Shown: positions 1-11,970 of the stretch, piece after piece
Layout of the letters: each line of letters starts with the position of its first letter
How positions within the stretch are numbered: position 1 is the stretch's first letter
Sequence record: OR539220.1
DNA length: 64,000 bases
Strand: one strand, 5' to 3'
Origin: Escherichia phage vB-Eco-KMB40
Made by a program: the position numbers and the translations under genes
Notes under the pieces: generated by a model
Seen by the model: the letters and a program-made list of their open reading frames with translations, nothing else
Told to the model about the DNA's origin: nothing
Database searches by the model: none

Positions 1-1128
1 CGAAATGATGCTATTGTTCAAAGCGTTGTTCTTTCAACTAAGCGTGGTGAAAAAGATATTTACGATAGTAACATCTATATCGATGACTTTTTCGCAAAAG
101 GTGGTTCAGAATATATTTTTGCAACTGCACAAAACTGGCCAGAAGGCTTCTCTGGAATTTTAACTCTGTCTGGTGGATTATCATCAAATGCTGAAGTAAC
201 AGCAGGAGATTTGATGGAAGCTTGGGACTTCTTTGCTGACCGTGAATCTGTTGACGTTCAACTGTTTATTGCGGGTTCTTGTGCTGGTGAATCTTTAGAA
301 ACAGCATCTACTGTCCAAAAACACGTCGTTTCAATTGGTGATGCTCGCCAGGATTGCTTAGTATTGTGCTCACCACCGCGTGAAACTGTAGTTGGAATTC
401 CTGTAACCCGTGCTGTTGATAACTTAGTCAATTGGAGAACTGCAGCAGGTTCATACACTGATAATAACTTTAATATCAGTTCAACCTACGCAGCAATCGA
501 TGGCAACTACAAATATCAGTATGACAAATATAATGATGTGAATCGTTGGGTTCCATTAGCAGCTGATATTGCTGGTTTATGCGCGAGAACCGATAACGTT
601 TCTCAGACTTGGATGTCTCCAGCTGGTTATAATCGTGGCCAGATTCTTAACGTTATTAAACTTGCTATTGAAACTCGCCAGGCTCAGCGCGACCGTTTAT
701 ACCAAGAAGCTATCAACCCGGTAACTGGTACAGGTGGTGATGGTTACGTATTGTATGGTGATAAAACAGCTACTTCTGTTCCTTCTCCATTTGATCGTAT
801 TAACGTTCGTCGTCTGTTTAATATGTTGAAAACGAATATCGGACGTAGTTCAAAATATCGTTTGTTCGAATTAAACAATGCGTTTACTCGTTCTTCATTC
901 CGTACAGAAACTGCTCAGTACTTGCAAGGAATTAAAGCTCTTGGCGGAATTTATGAATATCGTGTAGTTTGCGATACAACAAATAACACTCCGTCAGTAA
1001 TTGATAGAAATGAGTTTGTTGCAACATTCTACATCCAACCGGCGCGCAGTATAAATTATATCCAGCTTAACTTCGTTGCGACTGCTACTGGTGCAGATTT
1101 CGATGAGTTAACTGGTCTTGCTGGTTAA
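1..1128 (+). CDS. 18: Tail sheath protein gp18, C-terminal part (5' end lies upstream of the window)
   Basis: Open frame from base 1 to stop at 1128; C-terminus ...NFVATATGADFDELTGLAG and position upstream of gene 19 match T4 gp18. Confidence 0.85.
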   Translation, partial: RNDAIVQSVVLSTKRGEKDIYDSNIYIDDFFAKGGSEYIFATAQNWPEGFSGILTLSGGLSSNAEVTAGDLMEAWDFFADRESVDVQLFIAGSCAGESLETASTVQKHVVSIGDARQDCLVLCSPPRETVVGIPVTRAVDNLVNWRTAAGSYTDNNFNISSTYAAIDGNYKYQYDKYNDVNRWVPLAADIAGLCARTDNVSQTWMSPAGYNRGQILNVIKLAIETRQAQRDRLYQEAINPVTGTGGDGYVLYGDKTATSVPSPFDRINVRRLFNMLKTNIGRSSKYRLFELNNAFTRSSFRTETAQYLQGIKALGGIYEYRVVCDTTNNTPSVIDRNEFVATFYIQPARSINYIQLNFVATATGADFDELTGLAG

Positions 1129-1163
1129 TACGGTGCATTCTAAAGGCCTGTTTCGGCAGGCCA

Positions 1164-1171
1164 TATAAATA
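1164..1171 (+). promoter_or_regulatory. Candidate T4-type late promoter (TATAAATA) upstream of gene 19
   Basis: Exact TATAAATA 74 nt before the ATG. Confidence 0.45.
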
Positions 1172-1222
1172 CACTATATCCTTAATTCTTTAATTCTATA
1201 TGCCCTAGGTTAAACATAGGGA

Positions 1223-1230
1223 TATAAATA
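1223..1230 (+). promoter_or_regulatory. Second TATAAATA motif upstream of gene 19
   Basis: Exact TATAAATA 15 nt before the ATG; leader would be very short. Confidence 0.3.
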
Positions 1231-1244
1231 CTACAGAGGCTAAT

Positions 1245-1736
1245 ATGTTTGTAGATGATGTAACACGAGCGTTTGAATCTGGTGATTTTGCTCGACCTAA
1301 CTTATTCCAAGTAGAAATTTCTTATCTTGGACAAAATTTTACGTTCCAATGTAAAGCCACTGCTTTACCAGCTGGTATTGTAGAAAAAATTCCAGTCGGA
1401 TTTATGAACCGTAAAATTAACGTAGCAGGTGATCGTACATTTGATGACTGGACTGTTACAGTAATGAACGATGAAGCTCATGATGCTCGCCAGAAGTTTG
1501 TTGATTGGCAAAGCATTGCTGCTGGTCAAGGAAACGAAATTACTGGTGGAAAACCTGCAGAGTATAAAAAGAGCGCTATTGTTCGTCAATATGCTCGTGA
1601 TGCTAAAACAGTAACAAAAGAAATTGAAATTAAAGGTCTGTGGCCTACTAACGTGGGTGAACTTCAATTAGATTGGGATTCAAACAATGAAATCCAAACC
1701 TTTGAAGTAACTCTTGCTCTCGATTATTGGGAATAA
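1245..1736 (+). CDS. 19: Tail tube protein gp19
   Basis: 163 aa ORF; sequence and length match remembered T4 gp19; late promoter motif upstream. Confidence 0.9.
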   Translation: MFVDDVTRAFESGDFARPNLFQVEISYLGQNFTFQCKATALPAGIVEKIPVGFMNRKINVAGDRTFDDWTVTVMNDEAHDARQKFVDWQSIAAGQGNEITGGKPAEYKKSAIVRQYARDAKTVTKEIEIKGLWPTNVGELQLDWDSNNEIQTFEVTLALDYWE

Positions 1737-1768
1737 AATGAATGGGGAGAAATCCCCATCCTGCTTAA

Positions 1769-3393
<1,625 letters not shown>

Positions 3394-3394
<1 letters not shown>

Positions 3395-3633
3395 TGGAAG
3401 GTTTAATTGAAGCTATTAAATCAAACGACCTCGTAGCCGCTCGTAAATTATTTGCTGAAGCCATGGCTGCAAGAACGACTGATTTAATCAAAGAAGAAAA
3501 AATCACTATCGCTCGTAATTTCTTAATCGAAGGTGAAGAACCTGAAGACGAGGATGAAGATGATGACGAAGATAGCGATGATAAAGACGACAAAAAAGAC
3601 AAAGACTCTGACGAAGACGAGGATGATGAATAA
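3394..3633 (+). CDS. 67: Prohead core protein gp67 (acidic C-terminal tail)
   Basis: 79 aa ORF between genes 20 and 68; start overlaps gene 20 stop; strongly acidic D/E tail. Confidence 0.8.
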
Positions 3634-4058
3634 TGATTCTAATCCCTGAAACTCATGAATTAGTTCTCGAGAATGTCGAAGCACTTATTCCTGAAGCACA
3701 GGGTCGCTTTGACGAGTTGTCTTCTGCTTTAAATAAAGACGATATAAATAAAATTATCGAGAATATGCTTGATGATGAAACTGATTTAGCGGTTGCATTA
3801 GCTTCTATTAATGAAAATATGCCGTTAAATGAATTCATCGTTAAACATGTTTCTGCCCGTGGTGAAATTACTCGCACTAAAGATCGCAAAACCCGCGAAC
3901 GTAATGCATTTCAAACTACCGGGTTGTCTAAAGCAAAACGTAGACAAATTGCTCGTAAAGCTACCAAAACGAAGATTGCCAATCCAGCAGGTCAATCTCG
4001 TGCTCAGCGTAAGCGTAAAAAAGCTCTTAAACGCCGTAAAGCATTAGGATTAAGCTAA
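3633..4058 (+). CDS. 68: Prohead core protein gp68
   Basis: 141 aa ORF, start overlaps gp67 stop (ATGA); basic C-terminus; position as in T4. Confidence 0.8.
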   Translation: MILIPETHELVLENVEALIPEAQGRFDELSSALNKDDINKIIENMLDDETDLAVALASINENMPLNEFIVKHVSARGEITRTKDRKTRERNAFQTTGLSKAKRRQIARKATKTKIANPAGQSRAQRKRKKALKRRKALGLS

Positions 4059-4696
4059 TGAATGAACCCCAATTGCTAATTGAAACTTGGGGTCAACCTG
4101 GCGAAATTATTGATGGCGTGCCAATGCTTGAATCCCATGATGGGAAAGACTTAGGTTTAAAACCTGGTTTATACATCGAAGGAATATTCATGCAAGCAGA
4201 AGTCGTCAATAGAAATAAACGTCTTTATCCAAAACGCATATTAGAAAAAGCGGTAAAAGACTATATTAATGAGCAAGTTTTAACTAAACAAGCTCTCGGA
4301 GAATTAAATCATCCTCCACGCGCTAATGTTGACCCGATGCAAGCCGCTATCATTATAGAAGATATGTGGTGGAAAGGAAATGACGTATACGGACGAGCTC
4401 GTGTTATTGAAGGTGACCATGGTCCTGGAGATAAATTAGCAGCTAATATTCGTGCCGGATGGATTCCAGGAGTTTCTTCTCGTGGATTAGGTTCATTGAC
4501 TGACACAAATAAAGGTTATCGTATCGTAAACGAAGGATTCAAATTAACTGTAGGTGTTGATGCAGTATGGGGTCCAAGTGCTCCAGATGCATGGGTAACT
4601 CCTAAGGAAATTACCGAATCACAGACGGCGGAAGCCGATACAAGTGCCGATGACGCCTATATGGCTCTCGCAGAGGCCATGAAAAAAGCGTTATAA
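4058..4696 (+). CDS. 21: Prohead core scaffold protein and protease gp21
   Basis: 212 aa; N-terminus [17 protein letters not shown] matches T4 gp21. Confidence 0.9.
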   Translation: MNEPQLLIETWGQPGEIIDGVPMLESHDGKDLGLKPGLYIEGIFMQAEVVNRNKRLYPKRILEKAVKDYINEQVLTKQALGELNHPPRANVDPMQAAIIIEDMWWKGNDVYGRARVIEGDHGPGDKLAANIRAGWIPGVSSRGLGSLTDTNKGYRIVNEGFKLTVGVDAVWGPSAPDAWVTPKEITESQTAEADTSADDAYMALAEAMKKAL

Positions 4697-4699
4697 ATA
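4692..4699 (+). promoter_or_regulatory. Candidate late promoter for gene 22
   Basis: Exact TATAAATA 28 nt upstream of ATG 4727. Confidence 0.5.
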
Positions 4700-4726
4700 T
4701 TATTATCTAAACAACAGGACTACAAA

Positions 4727-5536
4727 ATGCTTAAAGAACAACTGATTGCCGAAGCGCAGAAAATTGATGCTTCCGTTGCTCTTGATAGTATTTTCGAATC
4801 AGTTAATATTTCTCCGGAAGCAAAAGAAACTTTCGGCACTGTATTCGAAGCTACCGTCAAGCAGCACGCCGTTAAATTAGCTGAATCTCATATCGCTAAA
4901 ATTGCTGAAAAAGCAGAAGAAGAAGTAGAAAAAAATAAAGAAGAAGCAGAAGAAAAAGCTGAGAAGAAAATCGCTGAGCAAGCTTCTAAATTCCTTGACC
5001 ATCTTGCAAAAGAATGGCTCACTGAAAATAAATTAGCAGTAGATAAAGGCATCAAAGCCGAACTGTTTGAATCCATGCTTGGTGGATTGAAAGAGCTCTT
5101 CGTTGAACACAACGTTGTTGTTCCAGAAGAATCAGTTGATGTTGTAGCTGAAATGGAAGAAGAACTGCAAGAACACAAAGAAGAATCAGCTCGTCTGTTC
5201 GAAGAACTCAATAAGCGTGACGCATATATCAATTATGTGCAGCGTGAAGTGGCATTGAGCGAAAGTACTAAAGATCTGACTGAGTCTCAAAAAGAAAAAG
5301 TCTCTGCTCTGGTCGAAGGTATTGATTATTCAGATGCATTCTCAAGCAAATTGAGTGCCATCGTAGAAATGGTGAAGAAATCTAATAAAGATGAAAGCAC
5401 TATTACTGAGAGTATAAATACTCCTGATACTGAAGCAGCCGGACTGAATTTCGTCACTGAAGCTGTAGAAGATAAATCTGCGCAAGGTGCAGAAGATATT
5501 GTAAGTGTATATGCGAAAGTCGCATCTCGTTTCTAA
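4727..5536 (+). CDS. 22: Prohead scaffold protein gp22
   Basis: 269 aa, glutamate-rich coiled-coil; matches T4 gp22; late promoter upstream. Confidence 0.9.
   Translation: MLKEQLIAEAQKIDASVALDSIFESVNISPEAKETFGTVFEATVKQHAVKLAESHIAKIAEKAEEEVEKNKEEAEEKAEKKIAEQASKFLDHLAKEWLTENKLAVDKGIKAELFESMLGGLKELFVEHNVVVPEESVDVVAEMEEELQEHKEESARLFEELNKRDAYINYVQREVALSESTKDLTESQKEKVSALVEGIDYSDAFSSKLSAIVEMVKKSNKDESTITESINTPDTEAAGLNFVTEAVEDKSAQGAEDIVSVYAKVASRF
5413..5420 (+). promoter_or_regulatory. Candidate late promoter for gene 23, inside 3' end of gene 22
   Basis: Exact TATAAATA about 135 nt upstream of the gene 23 ATG. Confidence 0.4.
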
Positions 5537-5554
5537 TTTTAAAGGTTAACACAA

Positions 5555-7120
5555 ATGACTATCAAAACTAAAGCTGAACTTTTGAACAAATGGAAGCCAT
5601 TACTGGAAGGTGAAGGTTTACCGGAAATTGCTAATAGCAAACAAGCGATTATCGCTAAAATCTTTGAAAACCAGGAAAAAGATTTCCAGACAGCTCCGGA
5701 ATATAAAGACGAAAAAATTGCTCAGGCATTCGGTTCTTTCTTAACAGAAGCTGAAATCGGTGGTGACCACGGTTACAATGCTACCAACATCGCTGCAGGT
5801 CAGACTTCTGGCGCAGTAACTCAGATTGGCCCAGCTGTTATGGGTATGGTACGTCGTGCTATTCCTAACCTGATTGCTTTCGATATTTGCGGTGTTCAGC
5901 CGATGAACAGCCCGACTGGTCAGGTATTCGCACTTCGTGCGGTATATGGTAAAGACCCAATCGCTTCCGGCGCTAAAGAAGCATTCCACCCAATGTATGG
6001 TCCAGATGCAATGTTCTCTGGTCAAGGTGCTGCTAAGAAATTCGCTGCTTTGAAAGCAAGTGATACTCTTGAAGTCGGAACTATTTACACCCACTTCTTC
6101 CAGGACACTGGTACTGTGTATCTGCAAGCTACATCAGCTAAACAAATTGATTCAGGTGCATCTGACGCAGACAAATTAGATGCTGAAATCAAGAAACAAA
6201 TGGAAGCAGGTGTACTGGTAGAAATCGCTGAAGGCATGGCTACTTCTATCGCTGAACTTCAGGAAGGTTTTAACGGTTCTACCGATAACCCATGGAATGA
6301 AATGGGCTTCCGTATCGATAAACAAGTTATCGAAGCTAAATCTCGCCAGCTGAAAGCTGCTTACTCTATTGAATTAGCACAAGACCTCCGCGCTGTTCAT
6401 GGTATGGATGCTGATGCTGAACTGTCTGGTATTCTGGCTACAGAAATTATGCTGGAAATCAACCGTGAAGTTGTTGACTGGATTAACTACTCCGCTCAGG
6501 TTGGTAAATCTGGTATGACCCTGACTCCGGGTTCTAAAGCTGGTGTATTTGACTTCCAGGACCCAATCGATATTCGTGGTGCTCGCTGGGCGGGTGAATC
6601 CTTTAAAGCTCTGTTGTTCCAGATTGATAAAGAAGCAGTTGAAATCGCTCGTCAAACAGGTCGTGGTGAAGGTAACTTCATTATCGCTTCCCGTAACGTA
6701 GTTAACGTTCTGGCTTCAGTTGATACCGGCATTTCTTATGCTGCACAAGGTCTGGCTACCGGCTTTAACACTGATACTACCAAGTCAGTATTTGCTGGTG
6801 TTCTGGGTGGTAAATACCGTGTATATATCGACCAGTATGCTAAACAGGATTATTTCACTGTAGGTTATAAAGGTCCGAACGAAATGGATGCTGGTATTTA
6901 CTACGCTCCATATGTAGCTCTGACTCCACTGCGTGGTTCTGATCCGAAGAACTTCCAACCGGTAATGGGGTTCAAAACTCGTTACGGTATCGGTATCAAC
7001 CCATTTGCAGAATCCGCTGCTCAGGCTCCGGCTTCTCGCATTCAGAGTGGTATGCCTTCTATCCTGAACAGCCTTGGTAAGAACGCTTACTTCCGCCGTG
7101 TATATGTTAAAGGTATCTAA
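5555..7120 (+). CDS. 23: Major capsid protein gp23
   Basis: 521 aa; N-terminus MTIKTKAELLNKWKPLLEGEG matches T4 gp23; terminator hairpin downstream. Confidence 0.95.
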   Translation: MTIKTKAELLNKWKPLLEGEGLPEIANSKQAIIAKIFENQEKDFQTAPEYKDEKIAQAFGSFLTEAEIGGDHGYNATNIAAGQTSGAVTQIGPAVMGMVRRAIPNLIAFDICGVQPMNSPTGQVFALRAVYGKDPIASGAKEAFHPMYGPDAMFSGQGAAKKFAALKASDTLEVGTIYTHFFQDTGTVYLQATSAKQIDSGASDADKLDAEIKKQMEAGVLVEIAEGMATSIAELQEGFNGSTDNPWNEMGFRIDKQVIEAKSRQLKAAYSIELAQDLRAVHGMDADAELSGILATEIMLEINREVVDWINYSAQVGKSGMTLTPGSKAGVFDFQDPIDIRGARWAGESFKALLFQIDKEAVEIARQTGRGEGNFIIASRNVVNVLASVDTGISYAAQGLATGFNTDTTKSVFAGVLGGKYRVYIDQYAKQDYFTVGYKGPNEMDAGIYYAPYVALTPLRGSDPKNFQPVMGFKTRYGIGINPFAESAAQAPASRIQSGMPSILNSLGKNAYFRRVYVKGI

Positions 7121-7135
7121 TCTTTGACGATTTAA

Positions 7136-7151
7136 GGGACCTTCGGGTCCC
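7136..7151 (+). terminator. Intrinsic terminator hairpin after gene 23 (UUCG tetraloop)
   Basis: GGGACC-TTCG-GGTCCC followed by T-rich tract. Confidence 0.6.
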
Positions 7152-7168
7152 TTTAGCTGTTTTTATGG

Positions 7169-7176
7169 TATAAATA
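7169..7176 (+). promoter_or_regulatory. Candidate late promoter for gene 24
   Basis: Exact TATAAATA 28 nt upstream of ATG 7204, just after the gene 23 terminator. Confidence 0.5.
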
Positions 7177-7203
7177 AATCATATAAACTGAAAGGAAAGC
7201 GCA

Positions 7204-8487
7204 ATGGCTAAAATCAACGAACTTCTGCGCGAATCAACCACAACGAATAGCAACTCAATCGGTCGCCCAAATCTCGTTGCTTTGACTCGCGCTACCACTA
7301 AATTAATATATTCTGACATTGTAGCAACGCAAAGAACTAATCAACCTGTTGCTGCTTTTTATGGTATCAAATACCTTAACCCAGACAACGAATTTACATT
7401 TAAAACTGGTGCTACTTATGCTGGCGAAGCTGGATATGTAGACCGAGAAAAAATCACAGAATTAACAGAAGAGTCTAAATTAACTCTCAATAAAGGCGAT
7501 TTATTCAAATATAATAATATCATTTATAAAGTATTAGAAGATACTCCATTTGCTGATATTGAAGAAAGCGACTTAGAGTTAGCTCTTCAGATTGCAATTG
7601 TTCTTTTAAAGGTTCGTCTATTTTCTGACGCAGCGTCAACAAGCAAATTTGAAAGCTCTGATAGTGAAATTGCGGATGCTAGATTCCAGATTAATAAATG
7701 GCAAACCGCGGTTAAATCTCGTAAACTTAAAACTGGCATCACAGTTGAATTAGCGCAAGATTTAGAAGCAAATGGATTCGATGCTCCTAATTTCTTAGAA
7801 GATTTGCTTGCAACCGAAATGGCAGATGAAATCAATAAAGATATTCTGCAGTCTTTGATTACAGTATCAAAACGTTATAAAGTTACAGGAATTACTGATA
7901 CTGGATTCATTGATTTGAGTTATGCATCTGCACCTGAAGCTGGTCGTTCATTATACCGAATGGTATGTGAAATGGTTTCACATATCCAAAAAGAATCAAC
8001 TTATACAGCAACGTTCTGTGTTGCTTCAGCTCGTGCCGCTGCGATTCTTGCTGCATCAGGTTGGTTAAAACATAAACCAGAAGATGATAAATATCTTTCA
8101 CAGAATGCCTACGGGTTCTTAGCTAATGGTTTACCGCTTTATTGCGATACTAACAGCCCATTAGATTATGTAATCGTTGGCGTAGTAGAAAATATCGGTG
8201 AAAAAGAAATTGTTGGATCAATTTTCTATGCTCCGTATACAGAAGGTCTCGACTTAGATGACCCTGAACATGTAGGTGCATTTAAAGTTGTGGTTGATCC
8301 AGAAAGCTTACAACCGTCTATCGGTTTATTAGTTAGATATGCTTTATCTGCAAATCCTTACACCGTAGCAAAAGATGAAAAAGAAGCAAGAGTAATTGAT
8401 GGTGGAGACATGGATAAAATGGCGGGTCGTTCAGATTTGTCCGTTTTATTAGGTGTTAAGCTACCAAAAATTATCATTGATGAATAA
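7204..8487 (+). CDS. 24: Capsid vertex protein gp24
   Basis: 427 aa; N-terminus MAKINELLRESTTTNS matches T4 gp24. Confidence 0.9.
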   Translation: MAKINELLRESTTTNSNSIGRPNLVALTRATTKLIYSDIVATQRTNQPVAAFYGIKYLNPDNEFTFKTGATYAGEAGYVDREKITELTEESKLTLNKGDLFKYNNIIYKVLEDTPFADIEESDLELALQIAIVLLKVRLFSDAASTSKFESSDSEIADARFQINKWQTAVKSRKLKTGITVELAQDLEANGFDAPNFLEDLLATEMADEINKDILQSLITVSKRYKVTGITDTGFIDLSYASAPEAGRSLYRMVCEMVSHIQKESTYTATFCVASARAAAILAASGWLKHKPEDDKYLSQNAYGFLANGLPLYCDTNSPLDYVIVGVVENIGEKEIVGSIFYAPYTEGLDLDDPEHVGAFKVVVDPESLQPSIGLLVRYALSANPYTVAKDEKEARVIDGGDMDKMAGRSDLSVLLGVKLPKIIIDE

Positions 8488-8493
8488 AACAAA

Positions 8494-8509
8494 GGGACCG
8501 AAAGGTCCC
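8494..8509. terminator. Bidirectional terminator hairpin between gene 24 and rnlB
   Basis: GGGACC-GAAA-GGTCCC flanked by A-run and T-run between convergent genes. Confidence 0.65.
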
Positions 8510-8516
8510 TTTTTAT

Positions 8517-9521
8517 TTAGCTCACCAACTCAATCCAAGCCGGACGAAGTACATCTTGTACCATTTTAACTAATTCCTTTTTAACCAAAGAAGGATTATC
8601 CGCTTGAGTTAGAGTAATACCTTCACGAGAAGTTTCTTCCAAAATATCTTGAACAGTTAGTCCCATCACCTTTCCAAAATCTTTTGGACCAATTTCGCCA
8701 ATTTTAGAAATAACGTTATTTACTCGGTTCAGTGTAACGTAACAAGCTAAAATCCCCACCAATTTGTTATCAGCTTCTGACAATTCAACTTTAGCTTTAA
8801 TAGGCTTATCAGACTTTTTCTTTTCACTAAATTTAGAATTCTTGCATTTGATGGCTACACGATTGCGATTAGGCAGCCAAGAAGGATAACAAGGTTTCAA
8901 TACATATCCTTCAGCAGTAAATACTTCGCCTTTTGCTTCAGCTTTCCAAACACATTTGTTAGCGTCAATTAAACCTGCATTATCTACGGTAAAATTATAA
9001 GACGGAACAACAGAATCTAAATCATTTGGCAATTTAATAAGCTCTTCAAATTTACCGCGACCTAAAAGTGGAGCCATTTTAAATTTAAATGTATTACAGA
9101 ATGATTCCATCATATAATCATCGACATAAGTCACATCACCACTTTCTGTAGTGACAATAATGTCAAATACATAAAAATCTTTATCACCATAATCAACATT
9201 CTTCTGAATGCCAGGACCAGCGAATTCGCCAAATACCTGATAAGTCACAACAGCTGAAGTTTCCATAATATCTTGTACTGCTTTAATGGAATCAGCGTAA
9301 TTCTTTAGAATAATTTCATACCCAAAGAAATCTTCAGCAGGAAGAATCGGTCCAGTACGTTTAGCGCAAGTTACTTTATCACGCTCAATAATCAATGAGA
9401 AATTTGTGCCGTGAATCTTTTCACGAGCTACCCATTCGCCGCCAGTCAATCCTAAGCTATAAAGTTTTTCAATAAATTTAGAGTTGTAATGATTTTCAAG
9501 ACTGCTATACTTTTTAAACAT
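8517..9521 (-). CDS. rnlB: RNA ligase 2 (Rnl2)
   Basis: 334 aa; nucleotidyltransferase motif [10 protein letters not shown] (KxHG); position after gene 24 as in T4. Confidence 0.85.
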   Translation of the reverse strand: MFKKYSSLENHYNSKFIEKLYSLGLTGGEWVAREKIHGTNFSLIIERDKVTCAKRTGPILPAEDFFGYEIILKNYADSIKAVQDIMETSAVVTYQVFGEFAGPGIQKNVDYGDKDFYVFDIIVTTESGDVTYVDDYMMESFCNTFKFKMAPLLGRGKFEELIKLPNDLDSVVPSYNFTVDNAGLIDANKCVWKAEAKGEVFTAEGYVLKPCYPSWLPNRNRVAIKCKNSKFSEKKKSDKPIKAKVELSEADNKLVGILACYVTLNRVNNVISKIGEIGPKDFGKVMGLTVQDILEETSREGITLTQADNPSLVKKELVKMVQDVLRPAWIELVS

Positions 9522-9530
9522 AATTAATCC

Positions 9531-9809
9531 TCAAAATGTAATTTCTAACCAATCACCATCACGCTGATCACTATTGACTTTAAAGCTGAATCCTTCTTTT
9601 CTCAGCCAATCACCAATTTCTTCAGTAATCAATTTATCACGAGCAGTACAATAATAGCTAAAATATGTTTTACCTTGTTCAGCTGCTTTATTAGCAAGTT
9701 CCGAAAAATCTTTAATAAAACACTCTAGTTTAAACTGTTTACTTTTTAATGCTTTTTCGCGTAATTGATTAGCAAAAGATTCATTTTCATAAAGATCATA
9801 CTGTTCCAT
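9531..9809 (-). CDS. Hypothetical protein (T4 24.2 position)
   Basis: 92 aa ORF in operon with rnlB; synteny only. Confidence 0.55.
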   Translation of the reverse strand: MEQYDLYENESFANQLREKALKSKQFKLECFIKDFSELANKAAEQGKTYFSYYCTARDKLITEEIGDWLRKEGFSFKVNSDQRDGDWLEITF

Positions 9810-10011
9810 TTTTCACCTTTTTATTAATATGTCTTTTTCTATAGACAACTTTTTCTCGAGTTTCAAATTTATTCTTAGCAGTCATAGCTCGAGCCCATAA
9901 TACAGCCGCTTCTTTTGCCTGTAAGTTCAATTCACGAGCAATTTCAATGAATGACTTTCCAGACTCATGAAGAGTAAACACCACAACCTCAGTTCTCATA
10001 ATCAATCTCAT
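9796..10011 (-). CDS. Hypothetical small protein (T4 24.3 position)
   Basis: 71 aa ORF overlapping the downstream gene start; synteny only. Confidence 0.5.
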   Translation of the reverse strand: MRLIMRTEVVVFTLHESGKSFIEIARELNLQAKEAAVLWARAMTAKNKFETREKVVYRKRHINKKVKNGTV

Positions 10012-10080
10012 GTTATTGAGTTGGTGCCATTATATACATCGTTTTCTGATTGTGTTTTGTGTGCTTTCAAAATGAAGAAA

Positions 10081-10094
10081 GGGGCCGAAGCCCC
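10081..10094 (-). terminator. Hairpin downstream of hoc
   Basis: GGGGC-CGAA-GCCCC with T-rich tract on minus strand. Confidence 0.5.
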
Positions 10095-10100
10095 TTTCGA

Positions 10101-11231
10101 TTATGGATAGGTATAGATGATACCAGTTTCTAAAGCTGTTTTGTGAATGATGTATCCATTACGCGATTCTTGGACATCAACTTCTGGATAATCTTTCATC
10201 ATCTTCTGAAGCGTATAACGATGCAAGTAGTACTTACTATCTGGGTCGTCAGTTTTCCAATCTTTACCTTCTTCAGTCATTTTTTGGATTTCATCCATAA
10301 CCCACCAACCGCACCAGATATAAGCTGAAGTACGGTGCGGAAGAGGATGAACATAAGGCAATTCACCTTCTGGTTCTGGAGCAACTTTATCAGTCACTTG
10401 AACTTGACCTGTTGTTTTAACTGTTTTGCTATCATAATCAGTTGCTGTAACGACAGCAGTAACTTCAATAGTTTGACTTCCAACAGATGAGGTATCGACA
10501 GTATATACGTTAGTTGACCCTTCTACAGGAGAAGAATCTTTCTTCCACGAGTAAGTAATTTGTGCTTCTTCTGGAGCATCCGTAACATTAGCCGTAAATG
10601 TAGCCGAAGCATCTTGCTGAACATTAATAGAAGGAGGAGTCAATGTAACCTGTGGATTCATTGTCTTCTTATTAACCGTTAATGATACTTCATTAGAAGT
10701 AACTTCCTTTTCATTGTAATTTTCTGCTGTTACTTGGGCTACGCATTTAATTCTTTTTACTCCACTTGTAGTTGGAGTATAGCTAAATGTAGAGTTAGTT
10801 TCTCCACCAACTTGTGAATCATCTACATACCACTGATACGTAGCAGATGCTCCATCAGGTTGAGAAGCTAAGGCAGCAGTAAATTGAACTGGGGTTCCAA
10901 TTACTCCAGCTGGAGGACTATTGGGAGTTACGGCTAAGGTAGTCGTCTGAGTTTTGTTTTTGACTGTGATAGTTGTAGTAGCTTCTGCTGTTTCAACTTC
11001 AGATTCTGGAACTGTATTTGTTGCAACAACTTTAATAGTCTTTTGACCAGCAGGACCTTTTAATACATAATCAAAAGTTGCTTCAGACCCATCTTGTGGA
11101 GCATTATCTACACTCCAAGCATAAGTAATAGTTCCACCTCCAGTTTCACCACTGGGTGCAGCAGTAAACTGCTTGGTTTCATCAATAACTCCTGACGGTG
11201 TTTTAGGAGTTATATCAACTGTAAAAGCCAT
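10101..11231 (-). CDS. hoc: Hoc, highly immunogenic outer capsid protein (Ig-like repeats)
   Basis: 376 aa as in T4 Hoc; repeated T/S/V-rich Ig-like segments; position between 24.x and inh. Confidence 0.85.
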   Translation of the reverse strand: MAFTVDITPKTPSGVIDETKQFTAAPSGETGGGTITYAWSVDNAPQDGSEATFDYVLKGPAGQKTIKVVATNTVPESEVETAEATTTITVKNKTQTTTLAVTPNSPPAGVIGTPVQFTAALASQPDGASATYQWYVDDSQVGGETNSTFSYTPTTSGVKRIKCVAQVTAENYNEKEVTSNEVSLTVNKKTMNPQVTLTPPSINVQQDASATFTANVTDAPEEAQITYSWKKDSSPVEGSTNVYTVDTSSVGSQTIEVTAVVTATDYDSKTVKTTGQVQVTDKVAPEPEGELPYVHPLPHRTSAYIWCGWWVMDEIQKMTEEGKDWKTDDPDSKYYLHRYTLQKMMKDYPEVDVQESRNGYIIHKTALETGIIYTYP

Positions 11232-11240
11232 AAGTTATCC

Positions 11241-11921
11241 TTATTTTAATGTTACGAAAGAAGAATTGCGTGTTTCACGAATTAAAACTGATCCGTCGCG
11301 GTTAATGTAATAAATTAAGCTAAATAAAGTTTGGTGTGCTGACGCATGTTCAAAACTAGTTGGGTGAGATTTCCAATCCGGAGTTTCAGCAATCCATTGA
11401 TAAATCCACCAAGGAACAGTACAGAATCCTGGATTTTTTCCAATCAGCTGAAGATTCGGACTAAAGTTTTCCGGAAGAGTAAATACAGACGGCTTTTCAG
11501 ATTCAACAATCTCAGCTACAGCCTGTTCGAATTTTTCTTCAACAAAAGGAGTATCTTCAATCAAAACTGAGGTATTTTCAGGAATTTTATCCGTTTCTAC
11601 TACTTCAATTTTAATGTCAGATTTAACCGGAGAATCAATCAGAAGTGCTGCTTCTGGATTGACTTCTTCATCGTCATATTTTAATCCCTCTGCGGCATCA
11701 GCAGCATCAATTAGGTCTTTAATAGATAACCCATCAGTCTCTGGCATAGGTTCACTAGCGAGCTTCTGGAGGGCTTCTTCAATATCAACAACGATATTAT
11801 CAAAAGATTTATTCTTTTTGACCTTTATACCAAACTGTTCAGCATATTCAGCTAATTTAGCTTTAGCTTCTTTGTTATCATCAAGAGCCTTCAGCTCTGC
11901 AATATAATCTTTATCTATCAT
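11241..11921 (-). CDS. inh: Inh-like protein (inhibitor of prohead protease)
   Basis: 226 aa acidic ORF upstream of hoc on same strand; assignment by synteny and length. Confidence 0.6.
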   Translation of the reverse strand: MIDKDYIAELKALDDNKEAKAKLAEYAEQFGIKVKKNKSFDNIVVDIEEALQKLASEPMPETDGLSIKDLIDAADAAEGLKYDDEEVNPEAALLIDSPVKSDIKIEVVETDKIPENTSVLIEDTPFVEEKFEQAVAEIVESEKPSVFTLPENFSPNLQLIGKNPGFCTVPWWIYQWIAETPDWKSHPTSFEHASAHQTLFSLIYYINRDGSVLIRETRNSSFVTLK

Positions 11922-11970
11922 AATATTTCCTCAGTATAAATATAGATATATTTATTACTCGGAAAATAGT

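Noticed and set aside
4888-5232. 114-aa minus-strand ORF inside gene 22
   Set aside because: Antisense to the Glu/Lys-rich scaffold gene, with no RBS or start context; the same reasoning applies to the other antisense track ORFs inside genes 18-24, 34, 37, alt, nrdA and others.
10055-10072. MotA-box-like TGCTTTCA on the plus strand between hoc and the 24.3-like ORF
   Set aside because: Imperfect match and no plus-strand gene downstream (all neighbouring genes are on the minus strand).
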